A DNA stretch of 41,781 nucleotides from IMG/VR virus record IMGVR_UViG_3300049854_000029, positions 1 through 41,781 of that record, one strand, 5' to 3'. A model generated the notes under the pieces. The model was given only the letters and a program-made list of their open reading frames with translations, had not been told where the DNA came from and searched no databases. This DNA is from a virus (taxonomy: Duplodnaviria; Caudoviricetes). The translations under genes were made by a program, and so were the position numbers. Of this stretch, positions 15,540 through 25,720 are shown in pieces. Numbering within the stretch: the stretch's first letter is position 1; each line of letters starts with the position of its first letter.

Positions 15540-17888
15540 TTAAGGTATCACGCGCCAGGGTTTCGGCTCGTAAGAATAGCTGAGGCCATACACTTCCCAT
15601 GGGGCATCGCCTTCCTGGTTTCCGACCTGAAGGGAAAGAAAAGTGCCAAATGTGCCAGAGGGAAGGTAGTAATTGATTCGGTGGACGCTGTTTCCGTCCG
15701 CGTCCGTGAGGGTGAAATTGTTGCTGACTGAAGATGAGGTGTTGACCGTGTGAGTGATATCTAGGTTGGAACCTGTCTGTGACTTGGCCAGGATACTCAC
15801 AGAGTCATACATTTTCTCTTGGTAAGGCGCGGCTGAAAGGAAGTCTTTGCTCTTCCAGTACGATGTTATGGCTGACCCAGCATCTGTGTTCCCTGACGGG
15901 AATTGGTTGACTGTCCCAATGCTGGCTGTGCTAAAGTAAACCGTTCCGTCTACGTTTACGGGTGCATTGAAAGGAACGTCGTATTTAAGCCAGGTGTCGA
16001 ACCGGGGATCATAAATATAGGAAGTATTGTTTGATGCGCTCCCATCTTCTGCGACAGCCCAGACAATGCGGTGGTTTTTATCGACAACACCCCAGGTGAC
16101 AACACTGCCCCCTTCATTCCAACGCACGTCAACAGCGTTTACCGCAGGCGTCTCTGTGGAAACAGAGCGAGTGAAAGTGACGCCAACAGTTACATAAGCT
16201 GCCGTGGCAATAGTGGGGACACTGCCACTAGTTATGGTCTGGGAAGAAGTATATGTGCCAGTGTTGGACAGAGTAATACTTGTGTCGGTGTCACCATAGA
16301 TAGCATATGCTATGGAATCCCCTGTCCCTGAAAGTGTCTGATTTGCTTCAAAAATGCCCCAAGATGAAACATTTGATCCTGTTGCATGAGACTCAGATTG
16401 ATAAACAGAAGATGAATCAGCCACAAGGAAATACATGTCGTATTGCGGAGTTAAGGTTTGAGATCCAGCCAAAGCTGATGCAGACAAACCGCGCGAATAC
16501 ACATCTGAATTTTGATAGGACCAAGCCCAGGCATATGTACAAAGTGCTCCACAACTTTGGCTCGCCATTGTGCTTACAACAATCCAATATGTCGTATTTG
16601 CTGAAAGAGACACCGCGGGAGAAAATGTCACATTAAAATAACCTTGATTCGCCTCTAACACGTAAAATGTGGCAGTTGACAAAAATGTGCTTGACCACGC
16701 AGTTGTGCCGTTTGTGCGAATGGTCCAAGTGCTCGTCTGGGGATTAGTTGCTTCCTCCGGCCTCGATTCCGCAAGGTATAAGCGGGCGTAAGAAAGAATA
16801 AAGTCATTCTGAGGCCTAAACGATTGGCCTTTAGCACCGACCGACGTTTTAAGAAGAGAATTGCTGTATTGATTGCCTTCATAAGAATCAAATAGAGACC
16901 CCGGGGCTGAAGTCGAAGACAGATATCCTCCAAACGTTCCCGCCCCCCAATCGGCCTGCGATGTTATCGTCCACCCATTCATGCCTGGAATTGTGAAGTC
17001 ATCCACAGACCCGCTTATCTTCTTTGAAATCCAAGCGATAGAGTTTCCGTCATAGCTGTAAAAGTGCCCATCTTGACCCTGCCAATAGACCAACCCCAGA
17101 TCGTGAACAATGGAGTGTGACTGTACAGTCCCAATCGTGTTAGAAACATCTTCGAATGCACCGTCAAATTGGTTCGTCCCTGCCCAGTAAGCCAGTGTAT
17201 TCTTAGTCCATATGAGGAGTCTTCCGAAGACGTATTTAAGAGCCTGGATGCTTTGGCCTGGCATGCCAAAGGTCTCGTAGAAAGGGTCTTCTTCATTGTT
17301 CCCGGTTGTGAAATCGGTGGGATCTGCGAGCTTAGAGAAATTGATCCTGTTTGGGTTTGCCGTGGTTCCAGAGACCACGAACCTGTCTGGAGTAAATTCT
17401 AAGATGCTTCCCTTCGGTGTACTGGGATAATAGGTAAGCGTCGTCCCGTCGTATCTCCAAATCTCGTCATGGCTTGAGTTCCCCCCATACAAGTATCCCA
17501 AGCTGTCTGCGAAGTCCCAGTAAGAGTCCAGGGTGGCTGTTGTGAGGAAGTTCGTGTAAGCCCCGGAATTCCGACTTCTACTGACAAACTTGTTGTGAGC
17601 GTGGACTATGTTGTCGTACCCAGAGGTGTCCCTAAAGAAATGGGCCCCATTGACCGGAGCTGTTGAAACAGTGAGGCTCTTAAATTCTGCGTAACCTGAG
17701 CGTTTCTTGATTCCGTAACCGTTCTCTGTAACATCCACATTCAACAGATCCTGCGCCTCTTGATCTTCAATGAGAATGGACGCGTCCCCATCATTCAATC
17801 CGCGCATGCTCCCACCAATAGAAAACTGGGCAGCAAAGAGGTTACCAGCCAATCCAAAAGCAGCGAAGAAACCAAGTAGAGTTTTCAT
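15540..17888 (-). CDS. Tail hub/nozzle protein (P22 gp10 / T7 gp12-like) with N-terminal signal peptide
   Basis: GLN...EAQDLLNVD...IKKRSG N-terminal pattern, beta-propeller-like repeats (NRINFS), C-terminal ITSYWKSKDF...EKMY; directly follows the adaptor. Confidence 0.8.
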   Translation of the reverse strand: MKTLLGFFAAFGLAGNLFAAQFSIGGSMRGLNDGDASILIEDQEAQDLLNVDVTENGYGIKKRSGYAEFKSLTVSTAPVNGAHFFRDTSGYDNIVHAHNKFVSRSRNSGAYTNFLTTATLDSYWDFADSLGYLYGGNSSHDEIWRYDGTTLTYYPSTPKGSILEFTPDRFVVSGTTANPNRINFSKLADPTDFTTGNNEEDPFYETFGMPGQSIQALKYVFGRLLIWTKNTLAYWAGTNQFDGAFEDVSNTIGTVQSHSIVHDLGLVYWQGQDGHFYSYDGNSIAWISKKISGSVDDFTIPGMNGWTITSQADWGAGTFGGYLSSTSAPGSLFDSYEGNQYSNSLLKTSVGAKGQSFRPQNDFILSYARLYLAESRPEEATNPQTSTWTIRTNGTTAWSSTFLSTATFYVLEANQGYFNVTFSPAVSLSANTTYWIVVSTMASQSCGALCTYAWAWSYQNSDVYSRGLSASALAGSQTLTPQYDMYFLVADSSSVYQSESHATGSNVSSWGIFEANQTLSGTGDSIAYAIYGDTDTSITLSNTGTYTSSQTITSGSVPTIATAAYVTVGVTFTRSVSTETPAVNAVDVRWNEGGSVVTWGVVDKNHRIVWAVAEDGSASNNTSYIYDPRFDTWLKYDVPFNAPVNVDGTVYFSTASIGTVNQFPSGNTDAGSAITSYWKSKDFLSAAPYQEKMYDSVSILAKSQTGSNLDITHTVNTSSSVSNNFTLTDADGNSVHRINYYLPSGTFGTFLSLQVGNQEGDAPWEVYGLSYSYEPKPWRVIP

Positions 17889-18565
17889 AGACCTTTGAAA
17901 TACCTTCCTCCCCTCATGCGCATAGGAGTACTGGCGGCCATATGGTTAAAGGTCTCAATGCAATCAGAGACAAACTTGTCATATTCTTTCCGATACTCGG
18001 CAATCATGGCGAGGTGTTCTTGGGTGGGGTAAACGCGCAAGAGGTCCGCTGCTGCCCAATATGCTATGGCCATGTGGTAGGGGTAGAGGAGCGTGTGCCC
18101 GTCAAAGGGAACAGAACTGTCCCCAGTCAATGCCGGAGGCATCTTGATATATTCAATTCTTAGGTTGTTTGTCCCAGCGTCCCCACCTTCTGGAATGGGG
18201 TATAACCCAAGTTTCTGGTTGTTTGGGTCTATGTCGATGTAATAGTTTGTGGGTGAACCCGTGTCGTCTTGCCAGTCGTTCCCAGCCTCAATGTAGAGGT
18301 CATACTTTGATATACGCTTCAGTAAATCGTAGTTGGCAGAGACAGTGAGAATGTCAACCGTGTCTGTTGGGAGGGTGTACTCTGCTGTCCCGGAAACAAT
18401 GCTGTCCGTTGTGTTGTCAGTCAGAACCCTCGTATCAGAAACAAAGTGTTCTTGTCCTTCCTCGATCTTCGCCTGGACCTTAGATGTGCTCCAGCGACGG
18501 TTGTCTGGGTCTCCTGTTAAATCTCCTATTCGTTGCTGCAGTGTCAAACGTGTGAGCGACGGCAT
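17885..18565 (-). CDS. Head-tail adaptor (P22 gp4 / T7 gp11-like)
   Basis: SGTAEYTLPTD, GSPTNYY, LGLYPIP and YHMAIAYWAA patterns typical of podovirus adaptors. Confidence 0.8.
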   Translation of the reverse strand: MPSLTRLTLQQRIGDLTGDPDNRRWSTSKVQAKIEEGQEHFVSDTRVLTDNTTDSIVSGTAEYTLPTDTVDILTVSANYDLLKRISKYDLYIEAGNDWQDDTGSPTNYYIDIDPNNQKLGLYPIPEGGDAGTNNLRIEYIKMPPALTGDSSVPFDGHTLLYPYHMAIAYWAAADLLRVYPTQEHLAMIAEYRKEYDKFVSDCIETFNHMAASTPMRMRGGRYFKGL

Positions 18566-19649
18566 GCGTGATCTCCTTTAATAAAATGTTCTTGTACGTC
18601 ACAGCCATATCGGTTATGTTGAATTTCTGGAGCGCGTCCTGGTACGCCCTCTCTCCAATTTCAACCCGTTTCTTCTCATCTTTTATGAGCGTTTCCAGGT
18701 ATTCCACCCATTGGTCTGGGGTGTCTGCCAAATACCCGTTTACCCCATGTTCTATGGTCTGTTTGAAATGTGGGAGCGGAGAACAGACAGAAGGGGTTTT
18801 GAGCGAGGCGTATTCCAACCATCTGAGATTCGATTTGCCCCGGTTGAAATTGTTGTCAACCAGAGGGGCGATACCTATATCAAACCCAAAACTTGAGACC
18901 CAGTCTGGGTACTCATTTATTGGGGTGAACTCGTGGGTCCAATGAATTCTGTCGTGATGCTTGAAGAACTCAGGGCACCCGTGAATGCATTTGAAGGTCA
19001 CTTCAGGGTTTCGTTCCAGCACCTTGAAAATGGGATCTTTGACAAGTTCAAGGTCTGGGGTGTGGCTCCCTCCTCCGACCCAGCCAATAGTAACGCCCTG
19101 GCGGCCTGGGGAGGGAGACTTCTTCCGCCAGAGCGTAAAATCTATCGCATTCTCGGCAACGTGTATCCGAGGGTTCATTTCTTTGTACAAATCAGCCAGA
19201 AAGGGAGTAGATACAATGACCCCATCAGAGGCTTTCATCTGCTCGCAGAATATCTTGACGATCTCAGTCCCAGGCCCAAAAACCTGGGCTGCCGTGTTCC
19301 CAGGGGGAATGGAAAAGATGTAATCATCTATCTCCATGAGAAACGGCTTAGATTCAAACTGCCATCTGAGAGCCTGCCAGAGGTCCATGCTGTGCCGGGT
19401 GTGAAGGGCCATAAAGACCATGATGTCTGCCCATTCACAAGCCTTTTTCATCTGCTTTTCTATCTCAGGGCCATGTTCTAGGGTCAAAAGATCCGTCTCC
19501 CAGGGGTGCATCAAGTACCCGTTGTGCCCGTAGTACATGACCTTGGCTTCGACACCGATCTTCTTTAAGGCCTGGGCAGGCTGGTACACGCGCCAGAAGT
19601 TCACTCCAGAAACGTTTGTAGGTACGAAGATGACCTTTAGTTTAGGCAT
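18480..19649 (-). CDS. Glycosyltransferase, GT-B fold (GT4-like)
   Basis: EIDDY, IGWVGGGSHTPDL, DIGIAPLVDNNFNRGKSNLRWLEY, HGVNGYL. Confidence 0.9.
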   Translation of the reverse strand: MPKLKVIFVPTNVSGVNFWRVYQPAQALKKIGVEAKVMYYGHNGYLMHPWETDLLTLEHGPEIEKQMKKACEWADIMVFMALHTRHSMDLWQALRWQFESKPFLMEIDDYIFSIPPGNTAAQVFGPGTEIVKIFCEQMKASDGVIVSTPFLADLYKEMNPRIHVAENAIDFTLWRKKSPSPGRQGVTIGWVGGGSHTPDLELVKDPIFKVLERNPEVTFKCIHGCPEFFKHHDRIHWTHEFTPINEYPDWVSSFGFDIGIAPLVDNNFNRGKSNLRWLEYASLKTPSVCSPLPHFKQTIEHGVNGYLADTPDQWVEYLETLIKDEKKRVEIGERAYQDALQKFNITDMAVTYKNILLKEITHAVAHTFDTAATNRRFNRRPRQPSLEHI

Positions 19650-20317
19650 ATGACCTTCAGTTCACGGATCTTGTCAATGTCCCGTGGTTTATCTATTTGC
19701 CTGTAGATGGCCAGGTTCTTGTCAATGAACCCAAACTCGAACCCTGCCTTGTAAGCGTCCACCTGAAATTTCCAATCGTCTATCCCATGCTTAGAGAACT
19801 CTCCGTCTGTGTACCGGACCTGGTCAAAGACCTTACGCCTGAACGCCATGGTCGAGTGCCCTATGTGCGCGAGCCCGGTCTCTTTTAGGGTGTTCCAGTT
19901 AAAGGGTCTGGAGTCGCTTCTGCCAAACACTTCTCCCAGCTCGTGCATCACAAGGAAATGGCCGCTCAGGATGCTCATTTCTGGGTTCTTTTTGAAGTAG
20001 GTGAGGGTCCATTCTGCCCTCTCTTTCACAGACAGATCGTCCGCGTCCATCATGAGGAGAACGTCTGCCTGGGCTTCTTCAATACCCCGGTTCCTGGCGT
20101 TTGACCTGCCCCCATTCTCTTCGAGAGTGACGATCTTCAGCCTCTTGTCTTCCCCTGCCTTGGTCGTGAGAATGCTGCCAGTCCAGTCTGTGGACCCGTC
20201 GTTTACAACCACCACCTCAATGTCTTTTATGGTCTGGTTGAGGCATGAGTTGATAGCCTGCGCTATGTAGGGCTGGCCGTTAAATACTGGGATGATAAAA
20301 GACGCCTTGGGCTTCAT
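19637..20317 (-). CDS. Glycosyltransferase family 2
   Basis: SFIIPVFN, VVVNDGSTD, ARNRG, DADD; start at 20317 behind GGAGGTG. Confidence 0.92.
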   Translation of the reverse strand: MKPKASFIIPVFNGQPYIAQAINSCLNQTIKDIEVVVVNDGSTDWTGSILTTKAGEDKRLKIVTLEENGGRSNARNRGIEEAQADVLLMMDADDLSVKERAEWTLTYFKKNPEMSILSGHFLVMHELGEVFGRSDSRPFNWNTLKETGLAHIGHSTMAFRRKVFDQVRYTDGEFSKHGIDDWKFQVDAYKAGFEFGFIDKNLAIYRQIDKPRDIDKIRELKVICLN

Positions 20318-21822
20318 GACACCACCTCCAGCACCGGGGACCCTATTAAGGCAGACACCTTCTCTTTCAACTCGTTCCCGCTCCACAGGTCTAGGTAGTA
20401 ATCCTGCGCCTCTTTGTTTACCTCGGTCTTGGCCTCTATCTCTTTGATGCGGTTTATCATGTCGTTTATGAACGGGGTGACCTCTTTATCGGTGCTCAAA
20501 TACCCAGAATATGGGGCTGGGACGTTGGTGATGGGGTAACGCCCGTTAACCAGCATGAGCTTGGTTAACATCTCAAGCCGCTTTCCTTTGGTGAACTGGA
20601 TGATCCCTGAATAGTCCCGGATATCGACGTTCCCAACATTCATGATATTGTCGAACTTGATCCCTGGAAGAGCCTGCATGACTGTCCCCATGGCTGTCCC
20701 ATACACGTCATCTGTAAACACGAGCATCTTGAACTCCTCTGGCAGGGTCTTGTGAACGTCTCCCTCACCAACCGGGAAATTCACAAGTTCGGCCTTGATC
20801 CCAAGGTCATCCAGACGCCCCTGAGTCACCTTGTCGTCACAGAAGTGATAGTCAACACTATCGTTAAGAAACTTAACTAATGCGATAGCCGCACCAAACG
20901 GGCGGCTGGCGTAGAGTTTCTCAGCGTCTATCCCCATCCAAAAAATGGCCTTTTTTTCACATGTTTTCATCATATTGACTATGCCATAAACGTATTTCAT
21001 GTCGTCTACGACGGCCTCGGCCAGGACACAGCCAACATGAATGCCGAGCTTGTAGTTCCTCACGATGTAATAGGGACCATTGAAGGTGTCCGCATCGAGG
21101 ATTTTGGCCAGTCTCACTGCGTCGTATCTGAAAGCGTCAGCGTTTATCAGAACATCCTTGTCCTTATCCCCCCACCACCTCTTCCGCACCTCTTCAATGC
21201 GCGCCTGGACATCTACTCCAGGGCCTGAAATGGAGTTTTTGTCAGGCATGTCAGTAGAAAATCCGAAAGCCTGGAGCCACCGAGGTCTCACCCCGTTCTG
21301 TACGCACCTGCGCGCGTAGTCCCAGTCCTGGAGACCTTTGAGCTCCTCATTCCACTCAGGAGCCTTGTCCCTTTTGATGAAAGACATCGAAGAAATATAG
21401 TTGTATTTGGACAGCGTAAACGCGTCGAATGGCTCCCCATTGTGCCCTGGAAGTTCCGGGTTTGTGTACCTGTACCCCGTGTAAACCATGTCCACATCCG
21501 GGCTCTCAAACTCTTTTAAGACCAAGGCTGTCGTGTCTGGCTCAATGTAACAGTCTGCGTCCCAGGCGCACACAAGGTCACCTGTACACACCTTGAGCCC
21601 AGCATTCCTAGCCTTACACGCCCCACCATGCTCTATGTTAACCTTCTTAACCTTGCCCTCTTCTGCCAGTTTGTCCACATAAGACTCCACGATGGGGTCT
21701 TCTCCGTCAAACACGCACACCACCTCAACGTCTTTGTGGGACTGGTCCAACAGGGTCCCCAGGCACTTCTTCAGCTGGTCCAGCGATTTCTTGTATATTG
21801 GGACGTAGAACGAAACTTTCAT
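20314..21822 (-). CDS. Glycosyltransferase family 2 fused to a C-terminal domain (possibly a degenerate GT-B)
   Basis: SFYVPIY, VFDG, GACKARNAG, WDAD and QDWD in the N-terminal half. Confidence 0.85.
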   Translation of the reverse strand: MKVSFYVPIYKKSLDQLKKCLGTLLDQSHKDVEVVCVFDGEDPIVESYVDKLAEEGKVKKVNIEHGGACKARNAGLKVCTGDLVCAWDADCYIEPDTTALVLKEFESPDVDMVYTGYRYTNPELPGHNGEPFDAFTLSKYNYISSMSFIKRDKAPEWNEELKGLQDWDYARRCVQNGVRPRWLQAFGFSTDMPDKNSISGPGVDVQARIEEVRKRWWGDKDKDVLINADAFRYDAVRLAKILDADTFNGPYYIVRNYKLGIHVGCVLAEAVVDDMKYVYGIVNMMKTCEKKAIFWMGIDAEKLYASRPFGAAIALVKFLNDSVDYHFCDDKVTQGRLDDLGIKAELVNFPVGEGDVHKTLPEEFKMLVFTDDVYGTAMGTVMQALPGIKFDNIMNVGNVDIRDYSGIIQFTKGKRLEMLTKLMLVNGRYPITNVPAPYSGYLSTDKEVTPFINDMINRIKEIEAKTEVNKEAQDYYLDLWSGNELKEKVSALIGSPVLEVVS

Positions 21823-23459
21823 TAAGCCCTCCCCTTTTCGATCATGTAGTTGCCCAACACCAGAATGTCTATCCCAACCCCATAAAAGCAGCGAATTGCC
21901 TCTTCGGGGCTGCGAATGATGGGTTCCCCCATGACATTCAGGGATGTATTGAGCAAAACGGGATGGCCTGTCTTTTCGCCGAAAGCAGTCAAAAGCTCGT
22001 GAAATTTGGGATTGTCTTTGTGCCTAACAATCTGGGGCCGGGCTGTCTTGTCTACGTGGGTGACCGCAGGAATGCTCCCATTTCTGACTTTGCAGGCAAT
22101 GATCATGAATTCGTTTGCGCCGGCGTAGAAGTATTTGTCGTAAGCCTCTTCAGTGACAGAGGGACAAAAGGGCCTGAAACCCTCTCTGAACTTGACGTAT
22201 TTGTTGATGATGTCCTTGTTCTCTGCCTTGAGAGGGGACATTAGGATCGAACGGTTCCCGAGAGCCCTGGGGCCCCCTTCCATCTTCCCTTGGAACCAGC
22301 CCACAATCTTGTTCTCAGCCAAAGCCTCAGCCACGCGGTGGAGACTGTAAGGCTGGTAAGAGATCTTGTTCCTTTTAAGAATTGCCTCTATTTCTTGATC
22401 TGAATATTCAGAACCGTAGTAGAGATGTGAAAGCCTCTGCGGGACGTAAGGGTTTGTCTTGTGATATTCCAGGAGAGCAGCACCTATTGAAAGGCCAGAG
22501 TCTGAAGCCAAGGGAAAGGGCCAATAGTTGTCCAGGCCGCACTCTTCCATGATACGCTGGTTCAGCTTGACATTTAGGAACACCCCCCCTGCAGTACACA
22601 GGTTCTTTTGCCCGGTGCGTTTCATCCACCGCTTTATATAGGTAAGGATCTTGTTTTCAAGGATCTTCTGGGCTGAAGCTGCCACGTTCTCCCGCCCATA
22701 TTTGGCAATCATCTTCGTATACTCGTCCGCCGCCCCGAAGTGGTAGTACACCTGGCCATTGTTATGGTAGAAGCCCATCGGTTGCACCTTGTACATGTGC
22801 TCTTTCATCTCCCGTTCAGGCACCTTAGAAGCGTCTCCAAAAGGGGCCAGCCCCATGGTTTTCCCCTCGTCTTGGCAAGGTTTGGCAAACAAAGCCTCTG
22901 TAACAGACCCATAAAACCAGCCCCAGGAGTAAATGGACTCCTTCTTGTATTTCCTGACCCGGAACACACCGTCTTTGCCCCTGATGTAAACTCCGTCCGT
23001 CTTGACGTAAGCCATGGGCTTTATCTTTCCGCCAGATCCGATATACACGCACTGAGTAACATCGCTCCCAATCCCGTCAATCGTGATGATGAGGCTCTCC
23101 TTCAATCCAGAGGTGTAATACGCGCTCGCAGCATGACAATCGTGGTGCGGTATCTCGATGACAGCCTTAACGTCGTAGCCCTTCTGTTGGTATGGGACCG
23201 GCATCCCAAAAGAAGATTTGGCCTTAAATGCCACCTCAAAATGAACTCTCACAATATTGGTAAGACCGTCTGAAATGGCGATTTTGTCCACGTCTTCCAT
23301 CTTGTCTCCATTGAGACAAAACTTGACGGAATCGAGCACGCCATTGACCCCCGTCTTGATCCGGTTGAACCTTTCTTCTGCTATGTATCGAACGATCTTT
23401 CCATCTTCCACGAGACACGCATTCGAATCGTGCCCAATGGAAACTCCCAGAACTTTCAT
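21822..23459 (-). CDS. O-carbamoyltransferase (NodU/CmcH/TobZ family)
   Basis: GHDSNA, EERFNRIK, HHDCHAASAY, DGIG, EGKTMGLA, AGGVFLNVKLN, GPRALGNRSIL, REGFRPFCPS, LNTSLN. Confidence 0.95.
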   Translation of the reverse strand: MKVLGVSIGHDSNACLVEDGKIVRYIAEERFNRIKTGVNGVLDSVKFCLNGDKMEDVDKIAISDGLTNIVRVHFEVAFKAKSSFGMPVPYQQKGYDVKAVIEIPHHDCHAASAYYTSGLKESLIITIDGIGSDVTQCVYIGSGGKIKPMAYVKTDGVYIRGKDGVFRVRKYKKESIYSWGWFYGSVTEALFAKPCQDEGKTMGLAPFGDASKVPEREMKEHMYKVQPMGFYHNNGQVYYHFGAADEYTKMIAKYGRENVAASAQKILENKILTYIKRWMKRTGQKNLCTAGGVFLNVKLNQRIMEECGLDNYWPFPLASDSGLSIGAALLEYHKTNPYVPQRLSHLYYGSEYSDQEIEAILKRNKISYQPYSLHRVAEALAENKIVGWFQGKMEGGPRALGNRSILMSPLKAENKDIINKYVKFREGFRPFCPSVTEEAYDKYFYAGANEFMIIACKVRNGSIPAVTHVDKTARPQIVRHKDNPKFHELLTAFGEKTGHPVLLNTSLNVMGEPIIRSPEEAIRCFYGVGIDILVLGNYMIEKGRA

Positions 23460-24295
23460 TTCCCCCCCAATATCTTTTCGAACTCCTCTTTGTATTTGGA
23501 AAACACGTCAGGCAACGGGTCTTTCCTAGGCTCAAACATGAACGATCCAAAGACCCCAGACTGCGTTTGGAGGTGCACTCTGGGATGATTCTTTACCGCG
23601 TCCCAAACGTGCACATCGTCTTCCATCATGCACCCGTGAGTCACAGCCTCCACGCTTGTTGTTATAACTCGGTACATCTTCTCTTCCCGCCTCTGCAGGG
23701 GCTTACATTCGCAGAAATGCCAGATCTTGGCCCCGGAATCTTGGACCACAAACGGATAGTTCCCGAAGTCTTTGAAAAGTTTGTGGTCTGTGCCTGTAAT
23801 GTCCCCGAAATACATATCCTCTTCCTGCGCCCCGTAGAACCCGTGATAATGGAGGCCAAACCTGTTACGCATGATGGTCTTCCACTTGTCTGTCCGGCCT
23901 TTGGTGATCTCAAGGTCTAGGTCTTCTCCAGCGAAAGATCTCATGTTCACGTAGTAGGCCAAGACCTTCTTGTCCAAGCCTTGGAGGTTCCCTGGGTCCA
24001 CCACGATCATGTCAGGGTGCAAATACATCACATGGTCCTTGGTACAGGTCTTAAGGCACTCATCAAAGACCCTCGTATAATCTTCTTTGAAGTCCTTGAA
24101 GTCTTTGTCTCTGAACACTTTTATCTTGTTGTCTTTGTCGTAAGTGCCCTTGATGTAATCCAATAGTTCCAGAGTGCCATCAGTAGAGTTCCCGTCGAAG
24201 TAAATCACCTCGTCCGCGTAGGGCAGGACAGACATCAACCCATACCCTATGAACTGCCTCTCGTTCTTGATGACACTCCAAACGCTAAGAGACAT
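23456..24295 (-). CDS. Glycosyltransferase family 2-like
   Basis: IKNE...DEVIYFDGNSTDGT...LHPD. Confidence 0.82.
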   Translation of the reverse strand: MSLSVWSVIKNERQFIGYGLMSVLPYADEVIYFDGNSTDGTLELLDYIKGTYDKDNKIKVFRDKDFKDFKEDYTRVFDECLKTCTKDHVMYLHPDMIVVDPGNLQGLDKKVLAYYVNMRSFAGEDLDLEITKGRTDKWKTIMRNRFGLHYHGFYGAQEEDMYFGDITGTDHKLFKDFGNYPFVVQDSGAKIWHFCECKPLQRREEKMYRVITTSVEAVTHGCMMEDDVHVWDAVKNHPRVHLQTQSGVFGSFMFEPRKDPLPDVFSKYKEEFEKILGGK

Positions 24296-25315
24296 TTACC
24301 AACCCGCTGGCGCGGTGCCTCCAGCATTGATTTGTCCCCAATCACCGCAGTTTGCAGTCGCAGTCGAAATGATGACAGCCTTGTTCGTCGAGTCGTACCA
24401 CACCTCCCCCACCGCGGTCGGGGTTGACAGTTTGAGGTTTGCTTCTGTTTTGGAAGGCAGAATGAACGGACCGTTTAGTGTGAACGTCACACCGTCGTCC
24501 AATGTCAGGGCAGTTGGAGTCATGGTTGAGATGGCAGTCCCGGAACCCATCAGAAACTGATTTGTAACGGTTGCACTCGTGACAGACAGTGCACCGCTCA
24601 CGGAAACAGTGCCAGCAGTTCCGTTCGAGATCGTTTGCCCGTTTTCGAGGACAATGTCTGCGTCAGATATATTGGCTCCGCTCAAGTTCAGGCCATATTT
24701 ATATCCGCCACTTGCAGCGTTGCTGATATAGATTCCATTCGTGACAGCAACGGTTGGGTGTTCATTGTAGATCCACAGTCCGTGGAAATTGTTGACATTG
24801 GCAGTTGATATATTGGTGAAATATGGAGCCATCCAAATGCGAGCTCCCACGAATGCTGTCCCAGACTCGGCAGCAATGGCATCTCCCCCACTGTACGAAG
24901 CACGCGCGGAGAATTCGCCGCCCACACCAGTCCGCATGGTTGCCCCGGGAGCGATGTATGTCCTCCCATACACTCCGCGCCCTGTCATGGACTCGTCTGC
25001 TCCATAACTTGCAGACACACCTTCAACCCCTTCGGAAACGAAGTTACCGTTGTCTCCGACATACCAGTTGTACCGACCTCGAACGACTCCCACCTCAGCC
25101 GCACTGGCCGGGCTCGCCGTGATAGACGAGAGAAATGAGTAATACACCGTCCCATCCGAAGCAGCGGTCCCTTCGTTGTAGGTTGCACTCAACTTGCTGG
25201 CCGTTCCGAGGGTCACGTTCCCGCTGTGAATATTGGCATCTGAGTCAGCTTTCACCCCACCAGCCATTGCGACTGCGGGACACGATAAACAAATGAGAAC
25301 CAGTAACCGCCTCAT
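24296..25315 (-). CDS. Beta-rich putative virion spike/decoration protein with signal peptide
   Basis: MRRLLVLICLSCPAVAMA N-terminus; G/S/T/A-rich beta repeats; GEVWYDST motif. Confidence 0.65.
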   Translation of the reverse strand: MRRLLVLICLSCPAVAMAGGVKADSDANIHSGNVTLGTASKLSATYNEGTAASDGTVYYSFLSSITASPASAAEVGVVRGRYNWYVGDNGNFVSEGVEGVSASYGADESMTGRGVYGRTYIAPGATMRTGVGGEFSARASYSGGDAIAAESGTAFVGARIWMAPYFTNISTANVNNFHGLWIYNEHPTVAVTNGIYISNAASGGYKYGLNLSGANISDADIVLENGQTISNGTAGTVSVSGALSVTSATVTNQFLMGSGTAISTMTPTALTLDDGVTFTLNGPFILPSKTEANLKLSTPTAVGEVWYDSTNKAVIISTATANCGDWGQINAGGTAPAGW

Positions 25316-25698
25316 CGAAGTGCATCCGATTTGATCCAGTAAATGACCCGCACATTGGTGTCCCCTCCGGCGGCAGCGTCAGCCATGCCGTAAAGAGAAC
25401 CTGTATAAACACCGTCTGTGGTGAAGGTCTTAGAGGAGAGTATTGGAAGGCCCATTGTGGTCAATGACGTTGTATTGGACCCGATCCAGAGCGTGTAAGC
25501 GTTGTTGCAGAAAATGTCGACCGCTGCCGATTGGATGGCGTAAGTCGGATCAACAATCTGGGTGGCCGTGTGAGTCGTAACCGTTACGCTTGCCGTCCTA
25601 ATAGAGTTCCCGGCGTTCCGGCTCTTCGCCGTAGCCCAGGGATCTGCGAATAAACTTGTTGGAAGTAAACACAGCAGTACAGCTAAGGCTTTTTTCAT
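25312..25698 (-). CDS. Small beta-sandwich putative virion protein with signal peptide
   Basis: MKKALAVLLCLLPTSLFA N-terminus; AAGGAG RBS; T-rich beta pattern. Confidence 0.65.
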   Translation of the reverse strand: MKKALAVLLCLLPTSLFADPWATAKSRNAGNSIRTASVTVTTHTATQIVDPTYAIQSAAVDIFCNNAYTLWIGSNTTSLTTMGLPILSSKTFTTDGVYTGSLYGMADAAAGGDTNVRVIYWIKSDALR

Positions 25699-25720
25699 CT
25701 TTCTTCTCCTTTTTTAGGTC

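Noticed and set aside
21822-23459. Carbamoyltransferase as a DNA hypermodification system
   Set aside because: No dCMP hydroxymethylase/thymidylate synthase, kinase or phage polymerase is present, and the context is late structural and glycan genes. Not formally excluded.
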